A stretch of 58,570 bases of DNA from Nitrospinota bacterium (lineage in GTDB: Bacteria > Nitrospinota > Nitrospinia > Nitrospinales > VA-1): positions 1 to 58,570 of the forward strand of contig JACNKA010000118.1 of the NCBI GenBank assembly GCA_014382285.1, read 5' to 3'. Below, piece after piece: positions 9,130 through 19,246 of the stretch. The notes beneath the pieces are model-generated. The model was given only the letters and a program-made list of their open reading frames with translations, made no database searches and was not told the DNA's origin. Within the stretch, counting starts at the first letter, position 1; each line of letters begins with the position of its first letter. The position numbers and the translations under genes are program-made.

Positions 9130-9981
9130 TTATCGCTCCTCCACCTTTATAAATACGCTCCTTTTTTCTACCTGTCTGGACGTATTTCTACCGGCAATTT
9201 TCGAGTCTTGCCCATCTCGATTCTGATTCAATCCCCCTAACTCAATCCAATCGCCAACCTGCCCTCTTATCACGGTATCAAGACCCGTTGTTTCTATTTT
9301 TCCATTAGTTATTCTGGATTGCTGTGGTGAAATTTCCAGAATAACCTGATCTCCTCGAATATGAGGTAGCACTCTGAATCCGGTCCGTACATCTCTAAAT
9401 TGGGTGGATTCAAATTGAGTGACAGTGTTTCCCGTCCTGAAGTTTTCAGTTGCCTTGAAAGGCACCTGCTGACCAATATAAATTGTTGCCGCATTTCCCT
9501 CCAGAGTGGTGACGACCTGCGTATTCATTTCATCTAAAAAGGATTCGCTGGCAGAAATTCTCCCCCGCACTGTCCCTTTACCCGGCTTGTCTTCTAGAAT
9601 CACTCCACTTTTTACTCGCGGATTGATAATCACCCGCCTCGAATCACCGATGGGAACTTCACCACTCACCTCACTTTCCCGCTCACTCAATTGAGACCGC
9701 AGGCCCTGCTTCACAGTAATGCGCAAATTTTTAAGTTGGCCATCAATTTTTTCGAGTAGCCCCTTAATCTCCAGCAATTTCTGGGGAGAAGCTCGTACAA
9801 TGAGCTGCTGACGCATTCCCGTGACGGACTCATTACGCCCCAACAGTGGGCGGATGATAGGGATCACATCTTCCACCATTCTATTCTTAAGAGGAATGAC
9901 CTCCATCTTCTCCTGAGCCATGACCGCCGGGGTGATGAAGAGAACGAGTAAAAAAACGTATTTAAGAACTCTTGGCAGCAT
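9130..9981 (-). CDS. Short secretin-like protein (NolW/secretin N-domain plus truncated secretin domain)
   Basis: Signal peptide; VIPLKNRMVEDVIPIIRPLL...QLIVRASPQKLLEIKGLLEKID N-domain; VTTLEGNAATIYIGQQVPF and TGFRVLPHI secretin-like segments. Confidence 0.75.
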   Translation of the reverse strand: MLPRVLKYVFLLVLFITPAVMAQEKMEVIPLKNRMVEDVIPIIRPLLGRNESVTGMRQQLIVRASPQKLLEIKGLLEKIDGQLKNLRITVKQGLRSQLSERESEVSGEVPIGDSRRVIINPRVKSGVILEDKPGKGTVRGRISASESFLDEMNTQVVTTLEGNAATIYIGQQVPFKATENFRTGNTVTQFESTQFRDVRTGFRVLPHIRGDQVILEISPQQSRITNGKIETTGLDTVIRGQVGDWIELGGLNQNRDGQDSKIAGRNTSRQVEKRSVFIKVEER

Positions 9982-10183
9982 AAAATAAACCAGGACAGTA
10001 AAAGCGTTGATAAAGGTTATAGGCTTTAAAAACTGAAGGATATTTCATTGCCTTTATTATACACTCTCCAGGAGGCCTCTAAAAATCACGAATGAATAGG
10101 CTTTTATTTTTAAGGGCTATAAGTTTCAGAATTATCTAATATAAAACTATTTAAGGGACCCCATAATAATATAAAATCAGTCT

Positions 10184-10867
10184 ATGATCGAACTGACCTC
10201 AGTCCTCTTTATCCTGCTTTTCTTTGCATTCCCCCTGCCCGCATTGGCTGGCAGCTTAGGAATATTTACCACCTGGAACCTTTACAGGAAATATGAAGCA
10301 TTTAAGACCCAACCCCATGAGGGGAAGAAAAACCTGATCCTGGGAGCGGCATTATTCCTGATAAATTTTATCTGCAGTATTTTCCTGGGAATCGCCATGG
10401 CCTTTGCGGTCTATTATTTTATTTATGATAATTCATATCTTTTTATCTTCAACTTTTTATTCTGCTCAACGATTTCACTGCGATGGTTTGACTTCACCCA
10501 CAACCTTTATCGATGGTTTATTTTCAAACTCCAATCCAAAAATACGTTCATAACATCCCATTTTGCCGTTTGCCAGGGCTTTCGCGAAAGAGATGATTTC
10601 GGGCTTAGCCCGGTCTACACCGATGCAGGAACATTGAGGCTGGAGGACAAACAATTGATCTTTAAAGGGGTGTTTCGTGAAGAAATCTTCTCTCCCGCAA
10701 ATATCATTCAGGTAGAGAAAAAAAGCTCCGAAAAAATAAAAATTCGCTCAAAGCCGAACAGTTTTAAAAATGCGGAAGTATTTTTAATCACCTTGAAGGA
10801 AAAATTTTATCCATTCAAAAGCCGTCAGGACCGCGATGAAATTTTCAAAACCCTTTTATCCACGTAG
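10184..10867 (+). CDS. Hypothetical membrane protein
   Basis: 227-aa ORF with about three N-terminal hydrophobic helices and a soluble C-terminal part; AT-rich. Confidence 0.6.
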   Translation: MIELTSVLFILLFFAFPLPALAGSLGIFTTWNLYRKYEAFKTQPHEGKKNLILGAALFLINFICSIFLGIAMAFAVYYFIYDNSYLFIFNFLFCSTISLRWFDFTHNLYRWFIFKLQSKNTFITSHFAVCQGFRERDDFGLSPVYTDAGTLRLEDKQLIFKGVFREEIFSPANIIQVEKKSSEKIKIRSKPNSFKNAEVFLITLKEKFYPFKSRQDRDEIFKTLLST

Positions 10868-11135
10868 AAATCCCGGCATCACCGTAATAATAGGCATGGG
10901 ATTATTTGTGTTCCCAATTTTCTCAATTGATTGATTTAGCCACTCAGGTTTCAAATGCTCTGGCGTAGAATCTTTATGAATCTATGGGCTATAAGAAGAA
11001 CGAGTCTTTTTATCACTACAGCCTGCTAATATGAAATAAGCACCTTAACTCAAGTTGATTGAACTGGCGGTTTCAAAAAGATAGAATGTCAGTATACGAA
11101 TTTACTGCCACTGAAATACTAAAACCTCACCCACT

Positions 11136-12047
11136 ATGGCCCAGCCCACCACCCGAAATTATTACAAGATTCTCGGCATCACCCAGAAGACATCCAAAGC
11201 CGATATCAAAAAACGCTATCGGGAACTGGCGAGAAAATACCATCCCGACACCAACTCGGGGAGCAAGGCCGCCGAGGATAAATTCAAAATCGTCTCTGAA
11301 GCTTATGAAGTGCTCAGCGATGCAAAAAAAAGGAAAACCTATGACCGCGAGCGGTCCTATCAGAAGAAGGCTCCGCGACGACCCAAAGGACAACCCGATT
11401 GGAATCCGCCTCCCGGTGGTTTCGGAAAAGGACCCAACGACAACCAACAAGGATATGAAGAACCTTTCGCTCAGGAACCGGAGCCGATTGATCCAGATAT
11501 GCCAACGAGTGGATTCGACCTGCAGTTCATGGTTGATGTTCCGCTCCCTGTTGCGGCGCTAGGAGGAACAATCCCCTACTCGTATGAAAAATACGTTCGC
11601 TGCGAAGAATGTGAAGGCACCGGCGCCCAGGGAAGTGACGAATGCCCGGAATGCCAGGGGAAACAACTGGTCGTGCGTCCTGTTACTCTGGATGTCAGAA
11701 TTCCTCCGGGCGTGGCCGACCAATACACTCTGGCCTTTATTAAGGAAGGTGGAGAAGGCCGAAATGGAGGTCCCCCCGGAGATTTGTTTTTAAAAGTCTG
11801 CATACAACCTCACCCAAAATTCAAACGGGTCAAAAACGATATCATCCATGAAGTGACCATTTCTTCTAAACTCGCAGAAGAAGGCGGGCCACTTGAGGTT
11901 GAAACCTTGAATGGCACCAAAACAATTCAAGTGGAAGAAGAAACCCTGGTTGGAGAAGAGCTGCGCGTATCCGGAGAAGGCTCAGCCATAAGCTGGGGAA
12001 AAAAGCGGGGTGACCTCATCATCAAATTCAATATTGAGGAAGATTAA
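11136..12047 (+). CDS. DnaJ-class co-chaperone paralogue (J domain, reduced Zn finger, DnaJ_C)
   Basis: NYYKILG...LARKYHPD J domain, CEECEGTG and CPECQGK motifs, GGPPGDLF and RGDLIIKF. Confidence 0.88.
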   Translation: MAQPTTRNYYKILGITQKTSKADIKKRYRELARKYHPDTNSGSKAAEDKFKIVSEAYEVLSDAKKRKTYDRERSYQKKAPRRPKGQPDWNPPPGGFGKGPNDNQQGYEEPFAQEPEPIDPDMPTSGFDLQFMVDVPLPVAALGGTIPYSYEKYVRCEECEGTGAQGSDECPECQGKQLVVRPVTLDVRIPPGVADQYTLAFIKEGGEGRNGGPPGDLFLKVCIQPHPKFKRVKNDIIHEVTISSKLAEEGGPLEVETLNGTKTIQVEEETLVGEELRVSGEGSAISWGKKRGDLIIKFNIEED

Positions 12048-12049
12048 AC

Positions 12050-12328
12050 ATGGCATTTACTTTATTCATGATCGTCTTCGCCCTGATTCTGGTGCTGATT
12101 CTCTGGCTACTTTTTCGACCTGGAAAACCCCAGCCCGTAAAAAAAGCCAAGCGGCAGATGAAAAAAATGCAACCCAAAGGAAAACCACCCACCACTACGA
12201 ACAGCCCTTTAAACGCCGAATCGGACGTCCCAAGCGATGATCACATGAAAGAAATTGCTACGGAATTACTGAAGAAGAATCCGCAAGTGGTCAGCCACGT
12301 GGTAAAGCGGTGGCTACGCGAACGGTGA
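12050..12328 (+). CDS. Small membrane-anchored protein with FliF C-terminal-like tail
   Basis: N-terminal TM helix, basic/Pro linker, C-terminal ELLKKNPQVVSHVVKRWLRER; starts 2 nt after the dnaJ-like stop. Confidence 0.65.
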   Translation: MAFTLFMIVFALILVLILWLLFRPGKPQPVKKAKRQMKKMQPKGKPPTTTNSPLNAESDVPSDDHMKEIATELLKKNPQVVSHVVKRWLRER

Positions 12329-12331
12329 GAC

Positions 12332-13093
12332 TCAGCCCTTGCGGGCCTTCACTTCTGCCGCATGGGCTCTAGCCCTTTTGAGCATTGCGGCTCTTTCCTC
12401 TGAGGAAAAGTCTTTTCTGGGAATGGGTTTTGGGGTGCCTCCTGAAGCCTTGGGTGCCGCTGTAGCAGGCGCTGCTTGTGCTGCCCCAGCCGGAGCTTCT
12501 GCCGGTTGCTCGCTGGCCGCCGTTACTTCTGGAGCAGGTGCCCCTGCCTTAGCAGGCGGAGCCTCTCCCTCTTTACGGATCAACCGCATTGAAGACCAGA
12601 CATCTGCGGTAGGATAATCCGTATCAACGCCAATCTTTAAATCCATGCGGATAATTTTTTCATCGGAACACTCGGAGATCCAGGTGTTCGAGGCACCACC
12701 GGGCGCAAATATCGAGTCAATGGGATAACTCGTCCCATTTTTATCGACCAGAGATTTCACACCCGTCTTATCGAACAGTGTCACCGCCTCTGCCTTAGTC
12801 GGAATACGCCAATTATCGTAGCCACCAAACTTGTCTTTATTTTCGTTGACCCAGTCCACATATTGGCTGTGGTCGGCCCAAGTATAAAACTTTTTCATAT
12901 CCAGCCAGGCATCGGTCTTCTTCCACATATAGCTGGTATTGGGGTCGGTGATGGTCCCATCATCATTATCGACAAGGGGTTCTCCTACCGGACCCGCCTT
13001 TTTTGCCGCCTCTGCCTTTTTGGCGGCTGCAAGTTTGGCCTTTTCAGCGGGCGATAAAGCTGTGGCTTCTGAAGAAGGGGGAGTGTCTGACAT
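12332..13093 (-). CDS. DUF1566 (Lcl C-terminal-like) domain protein with Ala/Pro-rich flanks
   Basis: LVDNDDGTITDPNTSYMWKK and GGYDNWRIPTKAE are DUF1566-type motifs. Confidence 0.75.
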   Translation of the reverse strand: MSDTPPSSEATALSPAEKAKLAAAKKAEAAKKAGPVGEPLVDNDDGTITDPNTSYMWKKTDAWLDMKKFYTWADHSQYVDWVNENKDKFGGYDNWRIPTKAEAVTLFDKTGVKSLVDKNGTSYPIDSIFAPGGASNTWISECSDEKIIRMDLKIGVDTDYPTADVWSSMRLIRKEGEAPPAKAGAPAPEVTAASEQPAEAPAGAAQAAPATAAPKASGGTPKPIPRKDFSSEERAAMLKRARAHAAEVKARKG

Positions 13094-13095
13094 AC

Positions 13096-13371
13096 TTAGC
13101 CTCTATGTGCCGGTTCTATATCTTCTAAAATATCACTCAAATCTTTTCCCGTATCGGTAAGATCTTTCAATATCTCACCAAGTCTGGTCGCAGAATAGGC
13201 TTCTAACCGAGATTGGAAGTCTACTCTATAGTCTGCGGCATTTTTACGGACCCAATCCACAGCTACCTGCTCCTGAGCCTCACAACTCATATTGGCGCAT
13301 TTTTTATCGAGCAGCTTCGTCTGAGATAACCGTATGATTTCGCAGATCAAATCTTCTTTGATCCGATTCAT
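13096..13371 (-). CDS. Hypothetical protein
   Basis: 91-aa ORF with normal composition, ending 2 nt before the DUF1566 gene start. Confidence 0.6.
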   Translation of the reverse strand: MNRIKEDLICEIIRLSQTKLLDKKCANMSCEAQEQVAVDWVRKNAADYRVDFQSRLEAYSATRLGEILKDLTDTGKDLSDILEDIEPAHRG

Positions 13372-13580
13372 GCTAAGATTTTAACACAAAATATGACGGG
13401 AAATTAGCCCTTTGGCTATAAAAAGGGGCCACTCTATAACGGTTTTTCAGGCTTGTCAACGTGATATTTAGGAAACCTGATATCTCATTGATATTTATAA
13501 AGTTATTGGCATTTTTTTGCACATGACTGACAACATTTCTCGCACAGGGTTTTATTACCTCGCCCAACAAAGATGAGGTC

Positions 13581-14402
13581 TTATAGTCTGCGCTTCGATG
13601 ATCGTGGATCGAGAACCTCCCTCAAGCCATCCCCTAAGAAATTGAACGACAGGATGGTCAAAAAAATAGCCAGCGAGGGAAACAAAATGAGATGCGGGTA
13701 AAACTTGATCGCCGTCCAACCATCATTGGCCAGAGTCCCCCAACTGCTGAATGGAGGAGCTATTCCCAGCCCAATAAAACTCAAGGTCGACTCAGCCAAA
13801 ATCGCCATGGGTATGCGAAAACTCAAGGTCACTATCAATATGCCCAGAATATTAGGAAGAATTTCCCGCACCAGTATCCTTGTCGGGCTGGCACCCAGCG
13901 CACGAGCCGCCTGCACATAGGGATATTCCTTGATCCGCAGAACTTCTCCGCGCACCAGTCTGGCAACCGTGACCCAACTCACCAGCGATAATGCGACAAA
14001 AACCCCAGCCACTCCCCGCCCCATCAAAACGGTAATGAGAATGATCATTAACAGGTCGGGCAAAGCGAAGACCACATCCACCAGCCGCATCATCAGGTTG
14101 TCAGTCCTGCCACCGACATAAGCAGAAATCGCGCCATAGACCGTCCCTACCAGCAAGGCAAACAAGGTTGTGAATACACCGATAAACAGCGATACCCGCG
14201 CCCCATAAATCATGCGCGAAAGAAGATCGCGGCCCAGGCGGTCGGTTCCCATCCAATGATCCAGACTGGGAAAAGCCAGTGTCTGCAGCGTATCCTGCGT
14301 TTCATAGGAATACGGAGCTACCCATGGGGCCAATACCGCAATCGCTGAAACCATCAGCAGGAAACCAGCACTCAATTTGGATGTCAGAGAATATTGCCAC
14401 AT
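13581..14402 (-). CDS. oppC: Oligo/dipeptide ABC transporter permease (OppC/DppC-like)
   Basis: HWMGTDRLGRDLLSRMIYGARVSL, EAA-like YVQAARALGAS, ILAESTLSFIGLG, FNFLGDGLREVLDP. Confidence 0.93.
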   Translation of the reverse strand: MWQYSLTSKLSAGFLLMVSAIAVLAPWVAPYSYETQDTLQTLAFPSLDHWMGTDRLGRDLLSRMIYGARVSLFIGVFTTLFALLVGTVYGAISAYVGGRTDNLMMRLVDVVFALPDLLMIILITVLMGRGVAGVFVALSLVSWVTVARLVRGEVLRIKEYPYVQAARALGASPTRILVREILPNILGILIVTLSFRIPMAILAESTLSFIGLGIAPPFSSWGTLANDGWTAIKFYPHLILFPSLAIFLTILSFNFLGDGLREVLDPRSSKRRL

Positions 14403-14455
14403 ACGTACTTTGATGATAGTTTGTTTACAGTTTCAAGTGCATGAACCCTGATATT

Positions 14456-16303
14456 TCAGTTAACCTCTGAACTCAAAGTTCTTTGGCCTTCAGTTTTTTG
14501 TAGCACCGAAATCACCTTCAAAAAACCAGCCGCATAACGCTCCAGCTTGGCTTTCCCCACACCGGGTAACCTGCCAAACTCTGCCATTGACGTGGGTCTT
14601 TTTTGCACCATTTCTAATAATGTCCTGTCATGGAAAATAATGAATGGAGGTACTTTTTGTTCGCTGGCCACCTCTCTGCGGTGAGTGCGCAACTCCTGAA
14701 AAAGAGACTCATCTTTCTCATTATCAAGCGTAACTTTAGCCTTTATTTGTCCAGGCTTTTTACCCCTTGACCGCCCCGCTGTTTTACTAAATTGCTCTTC
14801 CCTTAACAGTACTTTTTCTTCTCCACGCAAAACTGCCTTGGAACTTTTTCCCAAGCTATAACCACCATGACCTTCCATATCAACAACCAATAGATTTTTT
14901 GCTACCAATTGACGAAAAACAGATTGCCATTGGTTTTTGGAGTATTCTTTTCCAATGCCATAAGTCGATATTTTGTCATGACCAAATTGGATAATCCGAG
15001 CAGAATTACCTCCCAGCAAGACATCAATTATATACGCCGCCCCGAACCGCTCCCCTGTTTTATAAACGCATGAGAGAGCCTTCTGTGTCGCCACAGTTGC
15101 ATCAAAAGATTTTACTGGCTCCAGGCAAGTATCACAATTTCCGCAAGGATTTTCTAAACCTTCACCAAAATACTTCAACAGAACTTGCCGTCTACACTGT
15201 ATGGTTTCGCAAAAACCAAGCAGAGTATCCAGTTTTTGCCGCTCTATTCTTTTTTGATCCTCTGAGGCATTTGATGACACAATAAAACCGATAATCTTTG
15301 ACACATCTTCAAGCCCGTAAGCCAACCATGCGTTGGATTTAAGACCGTCCCGCCCGGCACGTCCCGTTTCCTGGTAGTAGGACTCTAAGCTTTTTGGCAG
15401 GTCGAGATGAGCCACAAAGCGAACATCCGGTTTGTCAATCCCCATACCAAAAGCAATGGTCGCCACCACAATAACGCCCTCTTCCTTATAGAATTTATCC
15501 TGATTTATTTCGCGCTGATTTTTGTCCATTCCCGCATGATAAGGCAATGCGTTAAAGCCTTCCTCAACTAACCATTTAGCTGTTGCTTCAACCTTGTTTC
15601 GGGACATGCAATAGACTATTCCTGAATCCCCTGAATGATTATCTTCAATAAATTTTATCAGTTTATTTTTTGAGTCAACCTTGGAAACGATTGCGTATTT
15701 AATATTTGGCCGGTCAAAACTGGAAACAAACAATTCTTTGAGTTCCAGATGCTCGATAATATCGTGGCGCGTGGGGGCATCAGCAGTTGCGGTCAGTGCC
15801 AGCCTGGGAGTTTCGGGGAACAGCTTTTTTAACAGGTTTAACTTTAGATATTGAGGACGAAAATCATGACCCCACTGAGAAACACAATGCGCCTCATCAA
15901 TTGCAATCACGCTCAGTTTACACTTGCCCAAGTGATCAAGGAAATCCTGCGTAAGCAGTTTTTCAGGAGATACATATACCAAGTCCAGGGAACCCTCTAA
16001 TAATTTCTGCTCTGTTGCCTTGGTTTCTCTATGGGTGAGTGTTGAATTTAAGACGGATGCTCGAACGCCTAACTGGTTGAGCGATTCCACTTGGTCACGC
16101 ATTAAAGCGATCAACGGAGAGATCACCAGCCCCACCCCATCCCGGCATAAAGCAGGAACCTGATAGCAGAGGGATTTCCCGCCACCTGTTGGCATCAGCA
16201 CCAGAGCGCAATTCCCCGCAATCACATGGTCGATGACTTCCTCTTGGAGGCCTAAAAAAGAATCAAAGCCAAAAATATTTTTTAAAACCTCCGATTTTCT
16301 CAT
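14456..16303 (-). CDS. recQ: ATP-dependent DNA helicase RecQ
   Basis: [43 protein letters not shown] Zn cysteines and a C-terminal HRDC domain. Confidence 0.97.
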   Translation of the reverse strand: MRKSEVLKNIFGFDSFLGLQEEVIDHVIAGNCALVLMPTGGGKSLCYQVPALCRDGVGLVISPLIALMRDQVESLNQLGVRASVLNSTLTHRETKATEQKLLEGSLDLVYVSPEKLLTQDFLDHLGKCKLSVIAIDEAHCVSQWGHDFRPQYLKLNLLKKLFPETPRLALTATADAPTRHDIIEHLELKELFVSSFDRPNIKYAIVSKVDSKNKLIKFIEDNHSGDSGIVYCMSRNKVEATAKWLVEEGFNALPYHAGMDKNQREINQDKFYKEEGVIVVATIAFGMGIDKPDVRFVAHLDLPKSLESYYQETGRAGRDGLKSNAWLAYGLEDVSKIIGFIVSSNASEDQKRIERQKLDTLLGFCETIQCRRQVLLKYFGEGLENPCGNCDTCLEPVKSFDATVATQKALSCVYKTGERFGAAYIIDVLLGGNSARIIQFGHDKISTYGIGKEYSKNQWQSVFRQLVAKNLLVVDMEGHGGYSLGKSSKAVLRGEEKVLLREEQFSKTAGRSRGKKPGQIKAKVTLDNEKDESLFQELRTHRREVASEQKVPPFIIFHDRTLLEMVQKRPTSMAEFGRLPGVGKAKLERYAAGFLKVISVLQKTEGQRTLSSEVN

Positions 16304-16349
16304 TTAACCAAGCCTCTCTTTTTGAAAGTGTGCGATTTAAAGACATGTT

Positions 16350-17267
16350 CTATTTCAACGTCACTCTCGGGTCCAGCCAGCCATAAATCATGTCCACCAC
16401 CAGATTCGCGATCACAATCAGCACGGCGTAAACCAGAGTCACCCCCATGATTAAAGGATAGTCCCGGTTGGTCACAGCAGTTATGAAAAACCTTCCCATG
16501 CCCGGAATGGAAAAAATAAATTCGATAACAAAAGAGCCAGTGATCAGCCCCGCTGTTAGAGGGCCCATCACCGAAACAATGGGGTAGATGGAATTTATCA
16601 AGACATGTTTGAACATTATCACCGGTTCTGTCAGGCCCTTGGCCCGTGCGGTTCGGATATAATCCGAGGACAAAACATCAAGAACCTTGGTTCGGGTTAA
16701 ACGTGCTACGTAACCGGCAAAACCTGCTCCCAGCGCGAATGCCGGCAAAATCATATGGCGAGGCCCTTCCCATAAAGCAGGGGGAAGCCAGTGCCAGTGA
16801 TGCGAGAAGATCCATACGGAAATCGCCCCCAATACAAAACTCGGGACCGAAATCCCCATTGCCGCCACAAACAGGACAGACCGATCCAGCAAAGAGTTTT
16901 GCCAGTACGCCGAAATCATCCCGGCAGGCACCCCCAGCCCCAAAACAACAAGAACAGCGCAGAGCCCCAAGGTAAAAGAAACAGGAAACGTATCCCGAAT
17001 GATATCCGAAACATCCCGCCCTAAATATTTATAAGACGGCCCCAGGTCGCCCTGAAACAATTGCTTCATGTACAAAAGGTATTGCAGGGGAACAGGCTTA
17101 TCGAGATGATATTTGGCTTCTACATTGGCCTTGATTTCTGGAGGAAGAATTTTTTCCGTATCGAACGGTCCGCCCGGAACCCAGTGCATGATGAAAAAGG
17201 TGAGCGTTGCAACCGTGACCAGAACGGGTATCCCTAACAAAATTCGCCTGACAATAAATCGCAGCAT
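16350..17267 (-). CDS. oppB: Oligo/dipeptide ABC transporter permease (OppB/DppB-like)
   Basis: PGGPFD, GDLGPSY, YIRTARAKGL, IEFIFSIPGMG, NRDYPLIMG, LDPRV. Confidence 0.93.
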   Translation of the reverse strand: MLRFIVRRILLGIPVLVTVATLTFFIMHWVPGGPFDTEKILPPEIKANVEAKYHLDKPVPLQYLLYMKQLFQGDLGPSYKYLGRDVSDIIRDTFPVSFTLGLCAVLVVLGLGVPAGMISAYWQNSLLDRSVLFVAAMGISVPSFVLGAISVWIFSHHWHWLPPALWEGPRHMILPAFALGAGFAGYVARLTRTKVLDVLSSDYIRTARAKGLTEPVIMFKHVLINSIYPIVSVMGPLTAGLITGSFVIEFIFSIPGMGRFFITAVTNRDYPLIMGVTLVYAVLIVIANLVVDMIYGWLDPRVTLK

Positions 17268-17415
17268 GAGATTATTTTATCATATCCCACAACAATGACC
17301 GAGCAAGAGAAACAGGGCGATCACTCACCCCACACCAAGCCGGATAAATAATTCCCTCCCTACCCCAGCCGGTAGGATACAATAGAAGGTCGTTTATTAA
17401 TTTACCGAAAGTTTC

Positions 17416-19236
17416 ATGAACTACCCATCGCTAAGAGAATTCATAGGCCGGCTGGAACGTGAGGGAGAACTGCTGCGTATTAAAGAACCCGTTTCGCCCA
17501 TTCTCGAAATCACGGAAATCACTGATCGGGTCTCCAAACAAGCCGGTGGCGGAAAAGCCCTTCTGTTCGAAAACGTCGAAGGCAGTTCCATGCCAGTACT
17601 GATCAACGCTTTTGGCAGTGCCAGGCGAATGAACATGGCATTGGGTGTCCATGATATTGAAGACATCCCCAAAAGAATCGAACGTTATATAAAAATCCCG
17701 ACTCCCACTACTTTGCTGGACAAGGCAAAGCTTCTACCCATGCTTTTACAGGCGGCGCAGTTTCCACCCAAACTTTTACATACGGCACATCCTCCCTGCC
17801 AGGAAGTTGTCCATCTGGACGATGATATTGACCTGGGAGCGATCCCGATTCTGCAATGCTGGCCTGAAGATGCAGGGAGGTTCATCACCTTTCCCATCGT
17901 CATCAACCGCAGTGTCGACAAAAAAATCAGAAATGTCGGTCTCTATCGCATGCAGGTGTATGACCGCAAAACCACCGCCATGCACTGGCATATCCATAAA
18001 GACGGAGCCCATTTTTTTCATGAATTCAAAAAACAGGGCAAAAGGATGGAAGTAGCAATCGCCTTGGGTGCTGACCCGGCATCCTGCTATTCCGCTTCTG
18101 CCCCCCTGCCCTATGGCATTGATGAATTTCTTCTGGCAGGTTTTATCCGCAAGCAAAGCGTGCCCTTGGTGAAATGCAAAACGGTTGATCTCGAAGTCCC
18201 GGCCAATGCAGAAATTGTTTTGGAAGGATACATCGACCCCTCTGAGATGCGGCTGGAAGGGCCTTTCGGGGACCACACCGGCTATTACTCTCAGGATGGG
18301 GATTATCCGGTTGTGCACCTCACCGCCATCACTCACCGCAAAGATCCGGTTTATCTGACCACCATAGTAGGCAAACCCCCTCAGGAAGATTTTTATCTAG
18401 GACGAGCCACCGAACGTATCTTTCTGCCTCTTCTCAAAACCCAGCTCCCTGAAATTGTCGATATGGACATGCCGGTTGAAGGTGTCTTTCATAATTGTGT
18501 CATTGTTTCTATCGAGAAGCGTTACCCCATGCAGTCCAGACGATTGATGAGTGCCTTGTGGGGACTCGGCCAAATGAGCTTTGTCAAAACCATCGTCACA
18601 GTGGATGCCGAAGTCAATGTTCACGACTATGAAGAGGTAGCAAAAATTTTACTCAGCACGGTGGACTTTGAAACGGACCTGTTTTTTTCAGAAGGAATTC
18701 TCGATGTTCTCAACCATGCCTCGGACCAGATGCTATACGGTTCGAAACTGGGCATAGATCTAACCGCTAAAATAGAAGGCGAGCTGGGCTATGGCAAAGA
18801 GATCCCTGCGCTCGCCCATCCCCACCCTCTTCCAACACCAGAAGAAGTGATGGGAGTATTTCAGGAACTTAAATCCTGTCGGATTTTAGAACTTCAAGCC
18901 CCCATTCTGCTCGTGGCTCTCGATAAAACCACTGCCAATCAAGGTGCAAAGTTCATCAATGCATTTCTAGATCACCCTGACTTTTCTGCCATAGAAATTG
19001 TCATCGTGCTGGAAGGCCATGTCGACATCACTAACATCTCCACCGTAATGTGGAAGTTCTTCAACAACATCGACCCAAAACGGGACTTTCATTTCCAGGA
19101 AGAACGACTGGGCATTGATGTGACGCAAAAACTTCCCGAAGAAGGTTATCAACAAAACTGGCCGGAGGAAATTGAAATGACTTCCGAAATTAAATCCAGG
19201 GTCGATAAAAAGTGGCTCACCCTTTTCAAAGAATAA
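17416..19236 (+). CDS. UbiD-family prFMN-dependent decarboxylase (menaquinone-biosynthesis type, extended C-terminus)
   Basis: [50 protein letters not shown]-like [11 protein letters not shown]. Confidence 0.9.
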   Translation: MNYPSLREFIGRLEREGELLRIKEPVSPILEITEITDRVSKQAGGGKALLFENVEGSSMPVLINAFGSARRMNMALGVHDIEDIPKRIERYIKIPTPTTLLDKAKLLPMLLQAAQFPPKLLHTAHPPCQEVVHLDDDIDLGAIPILQCWPEDAGRFITFPIVINRSVDKKIRNVGLYRMQVYDRKTTAMHWHIHKDGAHFFHEFKKQGKRMEVAIALGADPASCYSASAPLPYGIDEFLLAGFIRKQSVPLVKCKTVDLEVPANAEIVLEGYIDPSEMRLEGPFGDHTGYYSQDGDYPVVHLTAITHRKDPVYLTTIVGKPPQEDFYLGRATERIFLPLLKTQLPEIVDMDMPVEGVFHNCVIVSIEKRYPMQSRRLMSALWGLGQMSFVKTIVTVDAEVNVHDYEEVAKILLSTVDFETDLFFSEGILDVLNHASDQMLYGSKLGIDLTAKIEGELGYGKEIPALAHPHPLPTPEEVMGVFQELKSCRILELQAPILLVALDKTTANQGAKFINAFLDHPDFSAIEIVIVLEGHVDITNISTVMWKFFNNIDPKRDFHFQEERLGIDVTQKLPEEGYQQNWPEEIEMTSEIKSRVDKKWLTLFKE

Positions 19237-19246
19237 CTCCCTCATC

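Noticed and set aside
10870-11040. Minus-strand reading ILAGCSDKK... resembling a broken lipoprotein gene
   Set aside because: No start codon, stops on both sides, and LAGC is simply the translation of the dispersed TTAGCAGGCTG motif.
13506-13521. TTGGCATTTTTTTGCA sigma54-like box
   Set aside because: GG-to-GC spacing is 9, not the required 10.
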